Shown: piece by piece, positions 53,205 to 64,000 of the stretch
Position numbering within the stretch: position 1 is the first letter of the stretch
How the letters are laid out: each line of letters starts with the position of its first letter
Assembly: GCA_965248845.1 (NCBI GenBank)
Contig: CBDFKO010000002.1
Location: 2,450,369-2,514,368 of the forward strand
Length of the DNA stretch: 64,000 bases
Reading direction: 5' to 3'
Origin: Acidobacteriota bacterium
Lineage (GTDB): Bacteria > Acidobacteriota > UBA890 > WLXD01
The notes under the pieces: generated by a model
The model's database searches: none
The model's input: the letters and a program-made list of their open reading frames with translations, nothing else
What the model was told of the DNA's origin: nothing
Made by a program: the position numbers and the translations under genes

Positions 53205-53933
53205 ATGTCGCTTTCCACGCCGCTGCTTGCCGCTGCCGGGCCTATCTTGCTGCTCATCGCCGTTACGGGGCGTGACGAAGCGCGCCGGCCCACCTACACG
53301 GTCGCTTCATCGAGCGCCGCGCCCGGGGCTCTGCTGGCGGCCGACGCGGCGGCGTGGAGGGCGGCCGAGCCGGCCTCCTGGGGCAGCGCGCCCTACCGAA
53401 CGAGCTTCCGCGCACTGCACTCGGAGGCGGGACTCTGGGTGCGCTACGACGTCACCGATCCCGACCCCTGGCACACCCTCACCGAAAGGGACGATCATCT
53501 GTGGACCGAGGAGGTCGTCGAGATCTTCGTCGACCCGGACGGCGACGGCCGTTTCTATGCCGAGGTCGAGATCAACCCGGCCAACGTCGTCTGCGACCTG
53601 CTGGTGCACCGCGGCGATCCGCACCTGGCCGCGGAGCTCGAGTGGGACTTCCCCGGGCTGACCACTGCCGTTCATGCCCTGGCCGACGACGGCGATCCCC
53701 CCGGCTGGACGGCGGTTGCCCTGCTGCCGTGGGAGGGGTTCGCGACGCTTCTCGAGACCGAGGTGGCCCTGCCGCCCCGCGCAGGCGACCGCTGGCGCTT
53801 CAACGCCTTCCGGATCAAGCGGCCTCACGGCCCGCGGCAACCCCGGCGCGACGTTATCCTCGACGCCTGGTCGCCGGTACCAGGCGGCAGCTTCCACGTA
53901 CCCGAGGCGTTCGGCGAGATGATCTTCGAATGA
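53205..53933 (+). CDS. CBM9-like (DOMON-like) carbohydrate-binding protein
   Basis: RDDHLWTEEVVEIFVDP..YAEVEINP..WRFNAFR..WSP..FHVPEAFG. Confidence 0.85.
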   Translation: MSLSTPLLAAAGPILLLIAVTGRDEARRPTYTVASSSAAPGALLAADAAAWRAAEPASWGSAPYRTSFRALHSEAGLWVRYDVTDPDPWHTLTERDDHLWTEEVVEIFVDPDGDGRFYAEVEINPANVVCDLLVHRGDPHLAAELEWDFPGLTTAVHALADDGDPPGWTAVALLPWEGFATLLETEVALPPRAGDRWRFNAFRIKRPHGPRQPRRDVILDAWSPVPGGSFHVPEAFGEMIFE

Positions 53934-56890
53934 GAGTCCTGGCACCGCGACCACTTGTCGCCAGCGCCACCCTGCTGCTGGTGACGGCCGGGCTCGCCGG
54001 GTCGGCCCCGGTGGCCGCCCAGCGGGGCCCCTCGGTCCGTGTCTGGCTCGGCGAGGTCACGATCCCGACCTATCGACTCGGACCCGAGGACATCAATCCG
54101 CATTTCTACGAGCTCGGCGGCTCGATCATCTACCCGTACACCATGCAGGACCGGTTCACGACCGAGCGGGTCGATGTCACCTATCGGGCCGCCTACCTGG
54201 AGAACGAATACCTGCGGGTCATGTGTCTGCCCGAGATCGGCGGTCGCATCCAGTCGGTGCTCGACAAGGTCACCGGTGAGGAGATGTTCTACCGGAACAA
54301 CGTCATCCGTCCGGGCCACATTGCGCTCCGGGGTGCCTGGGTCTCGGGGGGTATCGAGTGGAACCGCGGCCCCCAGGGACACACGGTGACCAGCTTCTCG
54401 CCGGTCGATGTGCTCCCGGTCGGCAACCCTGACGGTTCGGCCAGCCTGCTTATCGGCACCACGGAGATGAACTTTCGCACCGGCTGGCAGGTGCGGCTGA
54501 CGTTGCATCCGAACGGCCGCTACCTCGACGAGCAGGTCAAGCTGTTCAACCCGACGGACGGGTACCATCCCTACTACTTCTGGAACAACACAGCGTTCCC
54601 CAATCGCCCCGGCACCAAATTCGTCTACCCCATGAGCCTGGGCATGGACCACGCGGGAACCACCTTCTTCAGCTGGCCCGTGCACGAGGGGCGGGACCTG
54701 CGCTGGCTGCGCAACTACCCGTCGCCGACCTCGGTGTTCGGATACCGGGTGGAGCTCGATTTCTTCGGCGCCTACGACGTGGACCGCGATTTCGGCATCG
54801 TGCAGGCGGCCGACCATCACGTGCTACCCGGCAAGAAGGCCTGGACGTGGGGCCAGGCCGACGCCGGGCTCGTGGCGCAGTCGGTGCTGACCGACGACGA
54901 CGGCCCCTATATCGAGGTGCAGAGCGGACCGCTCCCGACCCAGAACGATCTCGGGCTCCTGGCCCCGGGGCAGGAGCTGGCGTGGCAAGAGTTCTGGTAT
55001 CCAGTGAACGGCCTCGGCGACGGCTTCGAGTTCGCCAACCGCCACATCGCCGTGCAACGCCTCGATACCGACGGCACGGTCGAGTTCCGCATCGCGGCGA
55101 CCTCGCCGTTTCCCGGCGCGCGCGTCGTGATCGAGGGGATCGATGGCCGGCGGCACCAGGTGCAACTCGATCTGTCGCCGGCGCGTACCGACTCCATCAG
55201 CCTGCCTGCGCCCTCCCGGATCGACCGCAGCCAGCTGCGCTTCCGGCTGGCGGTGCTCGCCCAGGACGACACCGAGCTGTTGGCCTACGAATCGCCGCTG
55301 GCCATTCCAGAGCAGTCCCCTCCCGCGCCGTCGCCGGCGCCCCCCGAGCCCGATGCGCAGCACGCGTTCCGACAGGCCGCGGAGCGCGACCGGCACGGCG
55401 ACCGGGCCCTGGCGCGGGCCGGGTACGGGGCGGCGCTCGCTCTCGAGCCCAGCCACCTGCCGAGCCTTCGGGCCCTGGCTTCGCTCGACCTCGAGGCAGG
55501 ACTCTACGAGGCTGCCCGCAACCGGGCGCAGGCCGCCGTGGCCGCCGACCCGGACGACGGCTGGGCCCGGTATCTGCTGGCGGTCGCCATCGACGCCGGC
55601 TTCGAGGCGACCCAGCGCGCCGGCACGATGGCCCTGGGCCACTCGGTGGTGGGACGCGCGCGGGCACGCCGGGGCGACTACGAGGGCGCGCTGGATGCTT
55701 TCGACGCCGGGCTTTCGGCCGGCGGAAGCGACTGGACGCGTCTGTTCGACAACCTTCTGCTCGCCACGTACGCCTCCGGATTCCGCAGCGTCGCGGGCGA
55801 GATGGCGCGCCGCGCCACCGATAACGGTATGTTGCGCTTGGTCCCCCACGCCGTACAGGTGCTCAGCAACACCGAGGCCTTCGACGAGTTCGCGGCGCGG
55901 GCACGCGAATGGCTCGGCGAGCCGGAGTTCGCGTTCCTCGAGCTGGCCAACTCCCTCGTCGATGTCGGACTGCGGCGTGATGCCGCCAACCTGATCGAGG
56001 CGGGCCTGGTCCGGGGTAGACCGATCGCACAGCTGCGCCCGCTACCTCTGTACTACCTCGCCTACCTGCACGACCTTCTCGGCGACGACATCGAGTCACG
56101 CCGGCGCCTCGCCCAGGCCGCCGGGTTACGCTCCAACGCGGTTTTCCCGTCGCGGCCCGAGACCCTGCCGGTCCTGCGCTACGCCGTGGCCCAGAACGCC
56201 AACGACGGCCGCGCCCATCTGTACCTGGGCAACCTGCTGGCCGGTCTGGGACGACTGGACGAAGGGGTCGAGCAATGGCGTGAAGCGGCGCGCGCCGACA
56301 CCAACGGCGCCGTGGCTCGCCGCAACCTCGCCCTGGTGGCCTGGCGCGACGGCGAGCTGGAGGCCGCGGCCGACTGGTTCGAGCAGGCAGGCGCGCTACG
56401 GCCGGCCGAGCAGACCTATGTGCGCGACCTGGCCCGCATCCGACTCGAGCAAGGCATGCCCGAGGTCGCCCTGGCACTCCTGCAGGCGACTCCTGGCGCG
56501 GGCCGCCGCGCCGATCTGACCCTGCTGCTGACGCGCACCTACATCGATACCGGCCGCCACGACGACGCGATCGAGCTTCTCGAGTCGACCACCTTCACCA
56601 ACCGGGAGGGCGACACCGGGACCTGGCAGGCCTTCTCACGGGCGCACATCGAGCGCGGGGTCCGACGCCTCGAGGCAGGATCCGTGAGCGGGGCGCTGGC
56701 CGACTTCGATGCCGCTCTCACCTACCCGGCAAACCTCAACTCGGGCCGGCCTCATCGACCGCGCGAGGCGCGGGCGCTGTACTGGCGAGGCCGCGCCCTG
56801 GAGGCACAGGGGCGGCTGGAGGAGGCGCTCGCGGCCTTCCGCACCTGCGCGGCCGGAGACCCGCTGGGCGGCGAGCAGGCGGAGCATCTC
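53930..56890 (+). CDS. DUF5107 domain + TPR protein (3' end runs into an unrelated gene fragment)
   Basis: IYPY..LENEYL..LPEIGGRI..FYRNNVIRP..GGIEWN, PGKKAWTWG, PYIEVQSG, then TPRs. The ORF continues to 57064 through a junction. Confidence 0.88.
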
Positions 56891-57797
56891 GAGCTCCTCA
56901 TCGTCACCAATAGCCGCGGTAGGGAGCTATGGCGGAACGAGTTCGACGGGGGTTTGACTCGCGACGAATACGCGGCGACCCGGTTTTCGCCACGGTTCGT
57001 TGATCTCGACGAGGACGGTCGCACAGAGGTGTTGTTCGTCCAGGCAACCTCGATCAGTGGCTAGCCCGGATACACTCTTCTGCTTTTCGAGCGACGGCAC
57101 CGAACGCTGGCGTTATCGACCGGGTCGAGAGATCTCCGTATCCAACCGGACGTTCGACGATGTCTACAGAATCTCACCGGTGAAGATCGGGCGACGTCCG
57201 GATGGCTCCCGAATGGTGGTCCTGGGAAGTCATCACCGCCTCTATTACCCGTCTCACATCGTCGTGCTGTCTGCGACCGGCCGCACAGTCGGGGACTATT
57301 GGCACGCCGGCTACGTCGGAACCGAGGCGGATCGCCTGCAGGTACTGGACCTGGACCTGGACGGACGCGTCGAGATCTACGCGGCCGGAGTCAACAACGC
57401 GAGGGAGCTGGCAACGCTGGTCGTTCTGGACCCCGAGACGATGGGCGGTGTCGGGGTCGAGGACAACGCGAAGTACCAGTTCAAGGGGTTCCATTCAGGC
57501 CGCGAACTCGCGCGCGTGTTCTTCCGGCGTAGCTCCGTAAGTAAATCGGATCGATACAACGTCGCCTACAACATCCTGATCGGATCAAGCGTGCTGACGA
57601 TAGCGGTCAAGGAGTCACTGCTTGCACCAGGTGCTCCCACGGTTTTCTACGAGTTGGACTCGGACCTCCAACTTCGAGATGTTTCCTTCTCGGACACCTT
57701 CGTCGGTGCGTATAGGAGGCTCCGGCTCGATGGCCTCCTGGAGGTTGACATGTCCTGGGAACGGGAGGCTCTTCGGGACATCTGGGTCATCCGTTGA
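56890..57797 (+). pseudogene. C-terminal part of an FG-GAP-like beta-propeller hypothetical protein (5' missing, frameshift ~57060)
   Basis: LIVTNSRGRELWR..VDLDEDGRTEVLF..TLFCFSSDGTERWRY..YWHAG..DLDLDGRVEIYAAGVNN; visibly lower GC than flanks. Confidence 0.65.
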
Positions 57798-57839
57798 CGC
57801 CGGGCGCGAGGTAACCGATCCAATCGTTCGACGCTTCAG

Positions 57840-58045
57840 CCCGCTGCGGGCGCCGCTTTCCGCGCTCACCGCGGGCCGCGGAAACAGGGAAATTCCGCGC
57901 TCGCGCCCGGGAGCCATGTTCGCGAACCGGTACCCGGGGGGCTTCTGCTGCTGCCCCGTTCAGATCCCAGGGATCCAGAACCACGAGCGTGGCCATCTTG
58001 CGGGCATTGCTGATTCCTGCCAGATAGATCTCGTCGTGGTCCAGG
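57840..58045 (-). pseudogene. Internal fragment of a paralog of the adjacent FG-GAP-like protein
   Basis: DEIYLAGISNARKMATLVVLDP..YRFANMAPGRE aligns with VEIYAAGVNNARELATLVVLDP..YQFKGFHSGRE. Confidence 0.65.
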
Positions 58046-58049
58046 GCGG

Positions 58050-59406
58050 CTAATCCGACGGCAGCGTAGCGTAGCCTCCGTGGACGGCGAGCTCGAGCGG
58101 CACGGGAATCGTTCCTTCGACCACCGCCGATAGCGGCTCGACCTTGCCCGAGATGTGCTTGGAGAGCATTTCCATCGGAGTGTCGCTCTCGAAGACCTGG
58201 CGCCCGCTCAGCAGCCAGTAGGCGATGCAACCGGGCGAGTACAGGTCGCTGGCCGGGGTGGCCTGGTCAGCACCGAACTGGGCGACTTCCGGGGCGGCGT
58301 AGGCGGGGGTACCGGCGAAGGTGAGCTGGCCGGTCAGCGCCGGCGAGTCGGGGCTCGTCGGCACGCGGCTCTTCACCAGCCCGAAGTCGAGCACCTTCAC
58401 GAAGTCGGCCTCCAGACCGACGCGGCAGAACATCACGTTGGCTGGCCTTATGTCGCGATGCACCAGCCCGCGGGCGTGCGCCTCGGCCAGCGAGGCGCAG
58501 ATCTGGCGCAGGATCTCGGTCACCCGGGCCGGAGGTGCGGCCCGTGGTGCAGGACCAGATCCTCGAGATCGATCCCGTCGAGCAGCTCCATCACGTAGTA
58601 GAAGGTGCCCTCGCGACTGAAGCCGTAGTCGTAGACCTGAATGGTGTGGGGCGAGTCGAGCTGCGAGGTTGCCTGGACCTCACGCTCGAAGCGCTCCATG
58701 AGTGTCCGGGCGCGGCGCTCGTCAGTCTCGTCCGACCGGATCAGTCACCGCGGCCTGGCGCGCCAACATGCGGTGCTTGGCGATCCAGACCTCGCCCATG
58801 CCGCCGGCGCCGAGCTTATCGACCAGGGTGTAGGCACCGAGCTCCCGAGCAGGCCTCCCGGCGTCAGGTTCTGACTCTGGCGCGCCGCCCAGTAGCCGAT
58901 CCCCAGACAGAGCAGGGCACCGAAAACGAGTTGGGCAATCACGGCCAGCGTCACCGTGTCGACCCGGGCCCCCAGCTCGGCGGGCACCGGATAGACCGCG
59001 AGCGAGAGCAGCGGCCAGGCCACGAGAGCCGCGATCGAGAGGACACCGCCGAGCAGATGGAGGCGGGGGCGCAGCGGAACGACGATGGCGAACAACAGGA
59101 TCCACACACCGGACCAGGCCACCTCGCCGCCGCCCAGACTCCACGGAGCCTCCTTGCGGGTCTCGAACCAGGCATCGAGCACCTCGGCCGTGATGATGCG
59201 CCGCCAGCCCATGAGCCCGGCGCCGAGCAGGAACGCGGTGATCACCTCGTAGCCGATCGCCACCCAGGCGAACCACACCTTGTCGGGCGGGTGTCGCAGA
59301 CAGACCGCCATGACCGCAGCTCCGAGGCACGCCGCGATCAGCGTGCTGACGAAGTTGTAGGGGCCGGGCGGCGGCGACACCGCCGACGATGATAGGGATC
59401 AGCATG
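58050..59406 (-). pseudogene. Membrane Ser/Thr protein kinase, frameshifted and 3'-truncated
   Basis: TM region; LGAGGMGEVW, RFEREV, YYVMELLDG, HRDIRPAN, DFG, GTPAYAAPE over several frames. The VAIK-motif Lys codon is broken at ~58745. Confidence 0.85.
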
Positions 59407-59527
59407 CGGGGCCTTCGTGCACAGGGACCGACCTCGGTCCGGATTCTATGCCCCGCGCGGCCCTCTCGTCCGCCGACTATAGTGGCCACCATGGCCTGCT
59501 CGTAGCCCGCGCAAAGGAGTCATCCGT

Positions 59528-61179
59528 ATGAGTCTCACCCGTCGTTGCCTGCCGCTAGCCTTCCTGATCCTGGCCCTCGGGTGTCAGCCGCAGGAGGGAA
59601 GCGCTCCCGAGGAGTCAGTCGGCGAAGCGTATTTCTCCGCCGAGGCGATCCTCGCCGATGTCGCGGCGCTGTCGGCCGACGCGATGGAGGGTCGGGCTAC
59701 GGGAACCTCGGGCGAGGAGCGCGCCGCTGATTACATCGAGCAGCGGTTCCGTGAAGCCGGACTGCAGCCCGTGGGTGACAGCTACCGGCAGGAGGTACGG
59801 CTGGTCGGAATGCAGCGCAGGGCGGACTCCGCTCTGCAGATCAGCGGCCCGGCGGGCCCGATGGCGTTACAAGACGGAGTGAACGTCGCCTTCTGGTCGA
59901 CCGCCCAGCAGGACGCCGTGCGCCTCGAGCAGGCACCGCTCCTGTTCGTGGGCTACGGCGTGCAAGCCCCCGAGTACGACTGGGACGACCTCAAGGGCAC
60001 CGACGTCGCCGGCAGGTGCTGCTGTTCCTGAACAACGATCCGCCGGTGAGCGAGGACGGCGTCGATCTGTTCGGGGGGGAGGCTCGGACCTACTACGGGC
60101 GCTGGACCTACAAGTTCGAGCAGGCAATGGCTCACGGCGCCGCTGGGGCGCTGATGATCCACACCACGCCCTCGGCCTCGTATCCGTTCAGCGTGGCCTC
60201 CGGCAGCGGCGAACGTGAGAGCTTTGCGCTCGACCTGCCGGGCGCCGGGTATCAGGTACCGCTGCTGGGGTGGATCGACGAGCATCTAGCGGCCGAGATC
60301 GCGGCCACCCTGGGCACCGATCTGGACGGCCTGTTCGAGATGGGGCGCGACCGGAGCTTCGCGCCGATCGACACTGGCTACGTCGTGTCGGCGCAGATCG
60401 GAACCGACGTGCGTCAGATGAGCACGTTCAACGTGGCCGGCATGCTTGCGGGCAGCGATCCGGAGCTTTCCGACCAGGTGGTCGTGTTCTCGGCCCACTA
60501 CGACCACATCGGGATGAACCCGAACGTAGAGGGCGACGACAAGATCTTCAACGGCGCCTGGGACAACGCCGCCGGCGTCGCGGCAATCACGCCGCTGGCC
60601 GAGGCCTTCGCCGCCGGCGAGTCGCCGCGGCGCTCGCTGCTGTTCCTCGCTTGCGCCGCGGAGGAGAGCGGGTCGCTCGGAAGCGCCTGGTTCGTCGCCA
60701 GCCCGCCCTTGGAGCGCAGCCGCCTGGTCGGCAACTTCAACATCGACATGCCGCAGATCTTCGGCGTCACGCGCGATATCGCCGCGATCGGCGTCGAGAC
60801 CAACAGCCTGGGTGACGCCTTGCGCGAGGCGGCCGCCGCCGCCGGCGTGGTGGTGACCGGTGATCCCAACCCGGCCGCGGGGAGCTTCTACCGCTCCGAT
60901 CAGGTCAACTTCGCCAAGGCCGGCATCCCGGCGTTGTTCGTCAACCCGGGGGTGGACCACGACGACCTGGGCTTCGATCCACGCGAGTACCGCGACGCTC
61001 ACTACCACCAGCCCAGCGACGAGATCCGCGACCAGTGGGAACTAACCGGACTGGTGCGAGACCTGCAGCTCGTATACGCGGCCGCGACCTCGGTAGCCAA
61101 CGCGGACCCGATGCCCCACTGGGCGGCCGGCAACGAGTTCGAACAGGAGTGGCGCCAGCTGCACGGCATCCAGGAGTGA
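59528..61179 (+). CDS. M28 family peptidase lipoprotein with PA domain (frameshift ~60015)
   Basis: LALG-C lipobox; MEGR, FVGYG, YYGRWTYK, SAHYDHIG, GAWDNAAG, AEESG, YRSD, YHQPSD. Confidence 0.9.
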
Positions 61180-61209
61180 GCTAATGGCCTGTCGTGAGAC
61201 CTTGATCGG

Positions 61210-61524
61210 TCAGAGTCTCACAACGGCTTGCTCGCCCAGCCCTCCGACAAACACGGTGTCCCCCTCGACTCGCGTCGGGAGCGTCCACATATACCGAACG
61301 ACCGGACCGGACCGCGGCGACCCGTCGGCGGCAAACTGGGCACCGTGACACGGGCAACGGTATCCGTCGCTCGCCGGGTGCCAGAACATGCGGCAGTACT
61401 CGTGGGTACAGATCAGGGAACGGGCGACAACCACGTCACCCGCTCGTTGGAGCTCGACGGGCTCGCCGTGATGATCGATCTTCAGCCTCATGGCCGTGCG
61501 TCGCGTGGCGCGGTTCTCGGACAC
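61210..61524 (-). CDS. Rieske [2Fe-2S] domain protein
   Basis: CTHEYC and CPCHGA ligand motifs. Start is either GTG 61524 (MSENRATRR) or ATG 61491. Confidence 0.85.
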   Translation of the reverse strand: MSENRATRRTAMRLKIDHHGEPVELQRAGDVVVARSLICTHEYCRMFWHPASDGYRCPCHGAQFAADGSPRSGPVVRYMWTLPTRVEGDTVFVGGLGEQAVVRL

Positions 61525-61528
61525 GGCG

Positions 61529-62020
61529 TTACTCCAACCCGGCGAATAACCGCGCCGCCAACCGCTGCAATTCGGCGACCCGGGACTGGAACTCATCGTC
61601 GGCGTCGGAGCAATAGTGGATCTCGAGCCCGTCGTGCACCCGATGGCGCACCCACTGACGGTCGCGGGCGTCCGGTTCGGTGGGCACCCGCGGCATGGGG
61701 GGTTGGGCCGTGCCCCAGGCAGTGCCAAGCCAGGCCGCCAGGGCGTGGGGATCACGACACTCCGGGTCGGCGGACAGCTCGGCCAGGCGCCGCATCTGGG
61801 CCAGGCTCAGGGCATCGAGGGTCGTGGCGATACGGTCGAGGCGCAATCCCCCGCGCTTGAGAACGCGGATGAGTCGCAAGCGCAGCAGGTGCTCCTCACC
61901 GTAGAAGGCGCGGCGACCGAGACCCGCCGGACCCGGCAGCAGCCCGCGACGGGTGTAGTAGTGAATCGTACGGCGCGCCAGTCCGCTGTCGCTCTCGAGA
62001 TCCCGAATCGTTAGTCGCAA
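61529..62020 (-). CDS. MerR-family HTH regulator
   Basis: TIRDL..SGLARRTIHYY..GLLPGP..FYGEEHLLRLRLI; C-terminal WVRHRVHDGLEIH. Confidence 0.88.
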   Translation of the reverse strand: MRLTIRDLESDSGLARRTIHYYTRRGLLPGPAGLGRRAFYGEEHLLRLRLIRVLKRGGLRLDRIATTLDALSLAQMRRLAELSADPECRDPHALAAWLGTAWGTAQPPMPRVPTEPDARDRQWVRHRVHDGLEIHYCSDADDEFQSRVAELQRLAARLFAGLE

Positions 62021-62075
62021 TTGGCTGCGCTCGGCTGTGCCATGGCCTACACCAACATGCCATCTTCACTGATAC

Positions 62076-62097
62076 GTAACACCACAAGTGTTACAAT
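62076..62097. promoter_or_regulatory. Inverted-repeat operator overlapping a -10-like box
   Basis: GTAACAC-N5-GTGTTAC perfect IR overlapping TACAAT, between divergent merR and the 62160 gene. Confidence 0.6.
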
Positions 62098-62159
62098 ATG
62101 GGCATGTGACTTCGGAAAACAAGTTCGTCCCCTGAGCACTACGGCCCGAGGGGGTCACC

Positions 62160-62672
62160 ATGCGAACCATCGCCATCGAACTGGACGGCAACACCTACCT
62201 CTGGAGCGGCAGCTCGTGGACCGACGAACGGTTTCTGGCGCCGCCCTCCAAGGTGCGACCGCGACTGATGCCTGGGCTGATCCAGAAGCTCGAGCGCACC
62301 GCCAACCGGAATCTCGACGCCGAGCTGGTGACCCGCGCCGCTGCGGCCTGCCGCGACACAGGGCGTCTCGACGATGCCGCCTGGCTGGCGCAGCGCGTGC
62401 TGCGCGCCGACCCGAGCCATGTCGATGCGGCGATCGTGGCGAGCAAGCAGCGGGATCCGCGCACCGCGGTAGCCGCGACCGACTCGTTCACCCGGCGACG
62501 ACGCGCCGACTTACACACCGTTCGCGCCGCCGCGCTGGCCGATCTCGGCGAGTGGGAGGCGGCGGAGAAGGCGGCACTTCGGGCGATGGCGTTGGACGCC
62601 GACACCACGCGGGAAACCCTGCGCGTGATGGCCCGCGTGATGAACGCCAAGGTCAAGGCGATCGCGGCCTAG
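62160..62672 (+). CDS. Hypothetical protein with TPR-like helices
   Basis: GAGGGG RBS; helical repeats (AALADLGEWEAAEKAALRAMAL). Confidence 0.7.
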   Translation: MRTIAIELDGNTYLWSGSSWTDERFLAPPSKVRPRLMPGLIQKLERTANRNLDAELVTRAAAACRDTGRLDDAAWLAQRVLRADPSHVDAAIVASKQRDPRTAVAATDSFTRRRRADLHTVRAAALADLGEWEAAEKAALRAMALDADTTRETLRVMARVMNAKVKAIAA

Positions 62673-62711
62673 GACGCCGTAGTGAAAGTGTGGAGGCGCT
62701 GGTAAGTAGGT

Positions 62712-63206
62712 CTAGAACGTCACTCCGATCATCAGGTACAGCGCGCTCCACTTGGCATTGGCGACCGTCTCAGACTTGTCGATGCTGGTCAGTCCGTGGT
62801 TGTAGCGGACGTCCAACGTCAGCGCGCCGAACAGCTCGTGGAACTCCACCCCGAGCCCGAAGATCAGTCCCCAGTCGACGGCTTTGATCAGATCACCGGC
62901 CGCGACGTCGACGATCTCACCGGCAGCCCGCAACTCGCGTGTCGCCTCCAACTTGATCGCCGCCGCCGGTCCGAACACGAGGTTCGTCGAGAGTCCACGG
63001 CGATCACCGGGGTAGATCTTGGCCAGCAGCGGGATCTCGACGTAGTTGACGCTGAGCTCGGAGCGGAGCGTGTTCTCGTCGACCCCCAGGTCGAGCTTCG
63101 AGTCCTTGCGCACCACGTGCAGCTCCGGCTGGATCGACACTCGGTAGCTCACCGGGATTTCGAACGTCACCCCGGCATCAAAACCCCAGTCGGTCTTGCC
63201 TCGGCC
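62712..63206 (-). pseudogene. Porin family / outer-membrane beta-barrel protein, 5' end missing
   Basis: SIQPEL, NYVEIPLLAK, DWGLIFGLG, LDVRYNHGL, terminal F; no signal peptide or start. Confidence 0.8.
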
Positions 63207-63632
63207 ACGCTCCGCCTGGCAGGCGTGGTCGAAGGGCTCGAACGAGCGGGCTTGCCGGCCGAGCATCTCGTGCTCGCCGGCTTCTCACAGGGCGCTTGCC
63301 TGGTGCTGGAGTTTGCGGCGCGGTTCCCTCGGCGGTATGGGGCGGTGATCGCATTCACCGGGGGCCTGACCGGCCCGCCCGGCATGCGTCCCGAGCTCGC
63401 GGGTTCCCTCGCAGGAACCCCGGTGTTCCTGGGCGCCGGAGATCCTGATCCGCACGTGCCCCGATGGCGGGTCGAGGAGACGGCGGAAATCCTCGGCAGC
63501 TTGGGAGCCGACGTCACCCTGTCCATCTATCGCGACCTCGGGCATACGATCGGTCTCGAGGAGATGGCAACGGCACGCCGAATCGTCGCGAAGGCACGGC
63601 GCGAGCAACGTCCGGTCGCGGTAGGTGGCTGA
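63200..63632 (+). pseudogene. Phospholipase/carboxylesterase (alpha/beta hydrolase), 5' end missing
   Basis: GFSQG nucleophile, DPHVP, GH catalytic His; N-terminal third absent. Confidence 0.82.
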
Positions 63633-64000
63633 ACCATCGACCTCGGGCGCCCTCGAGCAGGCGCTGAGCGCTTACCGGCGTCTGTACCGGGCCTTTCGCT
63701 CGGTGCAGCAGGAAGCCAACTCCGGATACGCCAGTCACGACCTGACCCCGAGCCAATTCGCTTCGCTCGAGGCGCTCCACGCTCACGGCTCCCTGTGCCA
63801 GAGCGACATCGCGATGCGAATCCGCCGCTCCGGCGGCAACCTGACCATGGTTATCGACAATCTGGAGCGGCGCGGGCTCGTACTCCGCCGTCCGTCTGAT
63901 ATCGACCGCAGGTTGAAGCTTGTAGAGCTGACCTCAGCAGGCGAGACGAAGATCGCGGCCGTAATGCCGGAGCACGCGGCGCGCATCCGGGAGCTCATGG
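63625..64000 (+). CDS. MarR family regulator (MhqR-like), runs off the window edge
   Basis: Manual translation: LTPSQFASLEALH..LCQSDIA..SGGNLTMVIDNLERRGLV..DRR..VELT. Confidence 0.9.
   Translation, partial: MAEPSTSGALEQALSAYRRLYRAFRSVQQEANSGYASHDLTPSQFASLEALHAHGSLCQSDIAMRIRRSGGNLTMVIDNLERRGLVLRRPSDIDRRLKLVELTSAGETKIAAVMPEHAARIRELM

Noticed and set aside
53354-57064. 1236-aa DUF5107-TPR-FG-GAP fusion as a novel protein
   Set aside because: The true start is 53930, and the tail is an abrupt junction into a different, frameshifted gene.
61194-61220. GTGAGAC...GTCTCAC inverted repeat resembling type IIS cloning sites
   Set aside because: A short dyad between convergent genes; most simply a weak terminator hairpin or chance.

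Overview
High-GC bacterial chromosomal window, most likely Acidobacteriota (inferred from GWxTD, acidobacterial VWA, Oar-like TonB-dependent receptor and CRTAC1/TPR gene content). In order: an ABC ATPase divergent from a TetR-regulated RND efflux operon; cysteine/cystathionine synthase, rhodanese and an SSS transporter; a ~23 kb cluster of uncharacterised exported proteins (GWxTD, VWA, a stand-alone Ig-like partner, two CRTAC1+TPR pairs, a Thr-nucleophile sulfatase-like enzyme, a TonB-dependent receptor, DUF3179) with an IS256 inserted; a two-GMC glycoside-oxidation locus; an IS5 nested in an IS481; patatin, Fpg/Nei and ABC_ATPase genes; peptidases; DUF5107; a broken Ser/Thr kinase; MerR, Rieske and MarR genes. 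The most promising undescribed system is the GWxTD/VWA/Ig-partner envelope cluster. A palindromic intergenic repeat family lies at 10.75 and 20.8 kb. I saw no frameshifts in the first 28 kb. The right half has many single-base frameshifts and several inverted or deleted gene junctions, which may be sequencing/amplification artefacts. All calls come from reading motifs by eye; no database searches were run.
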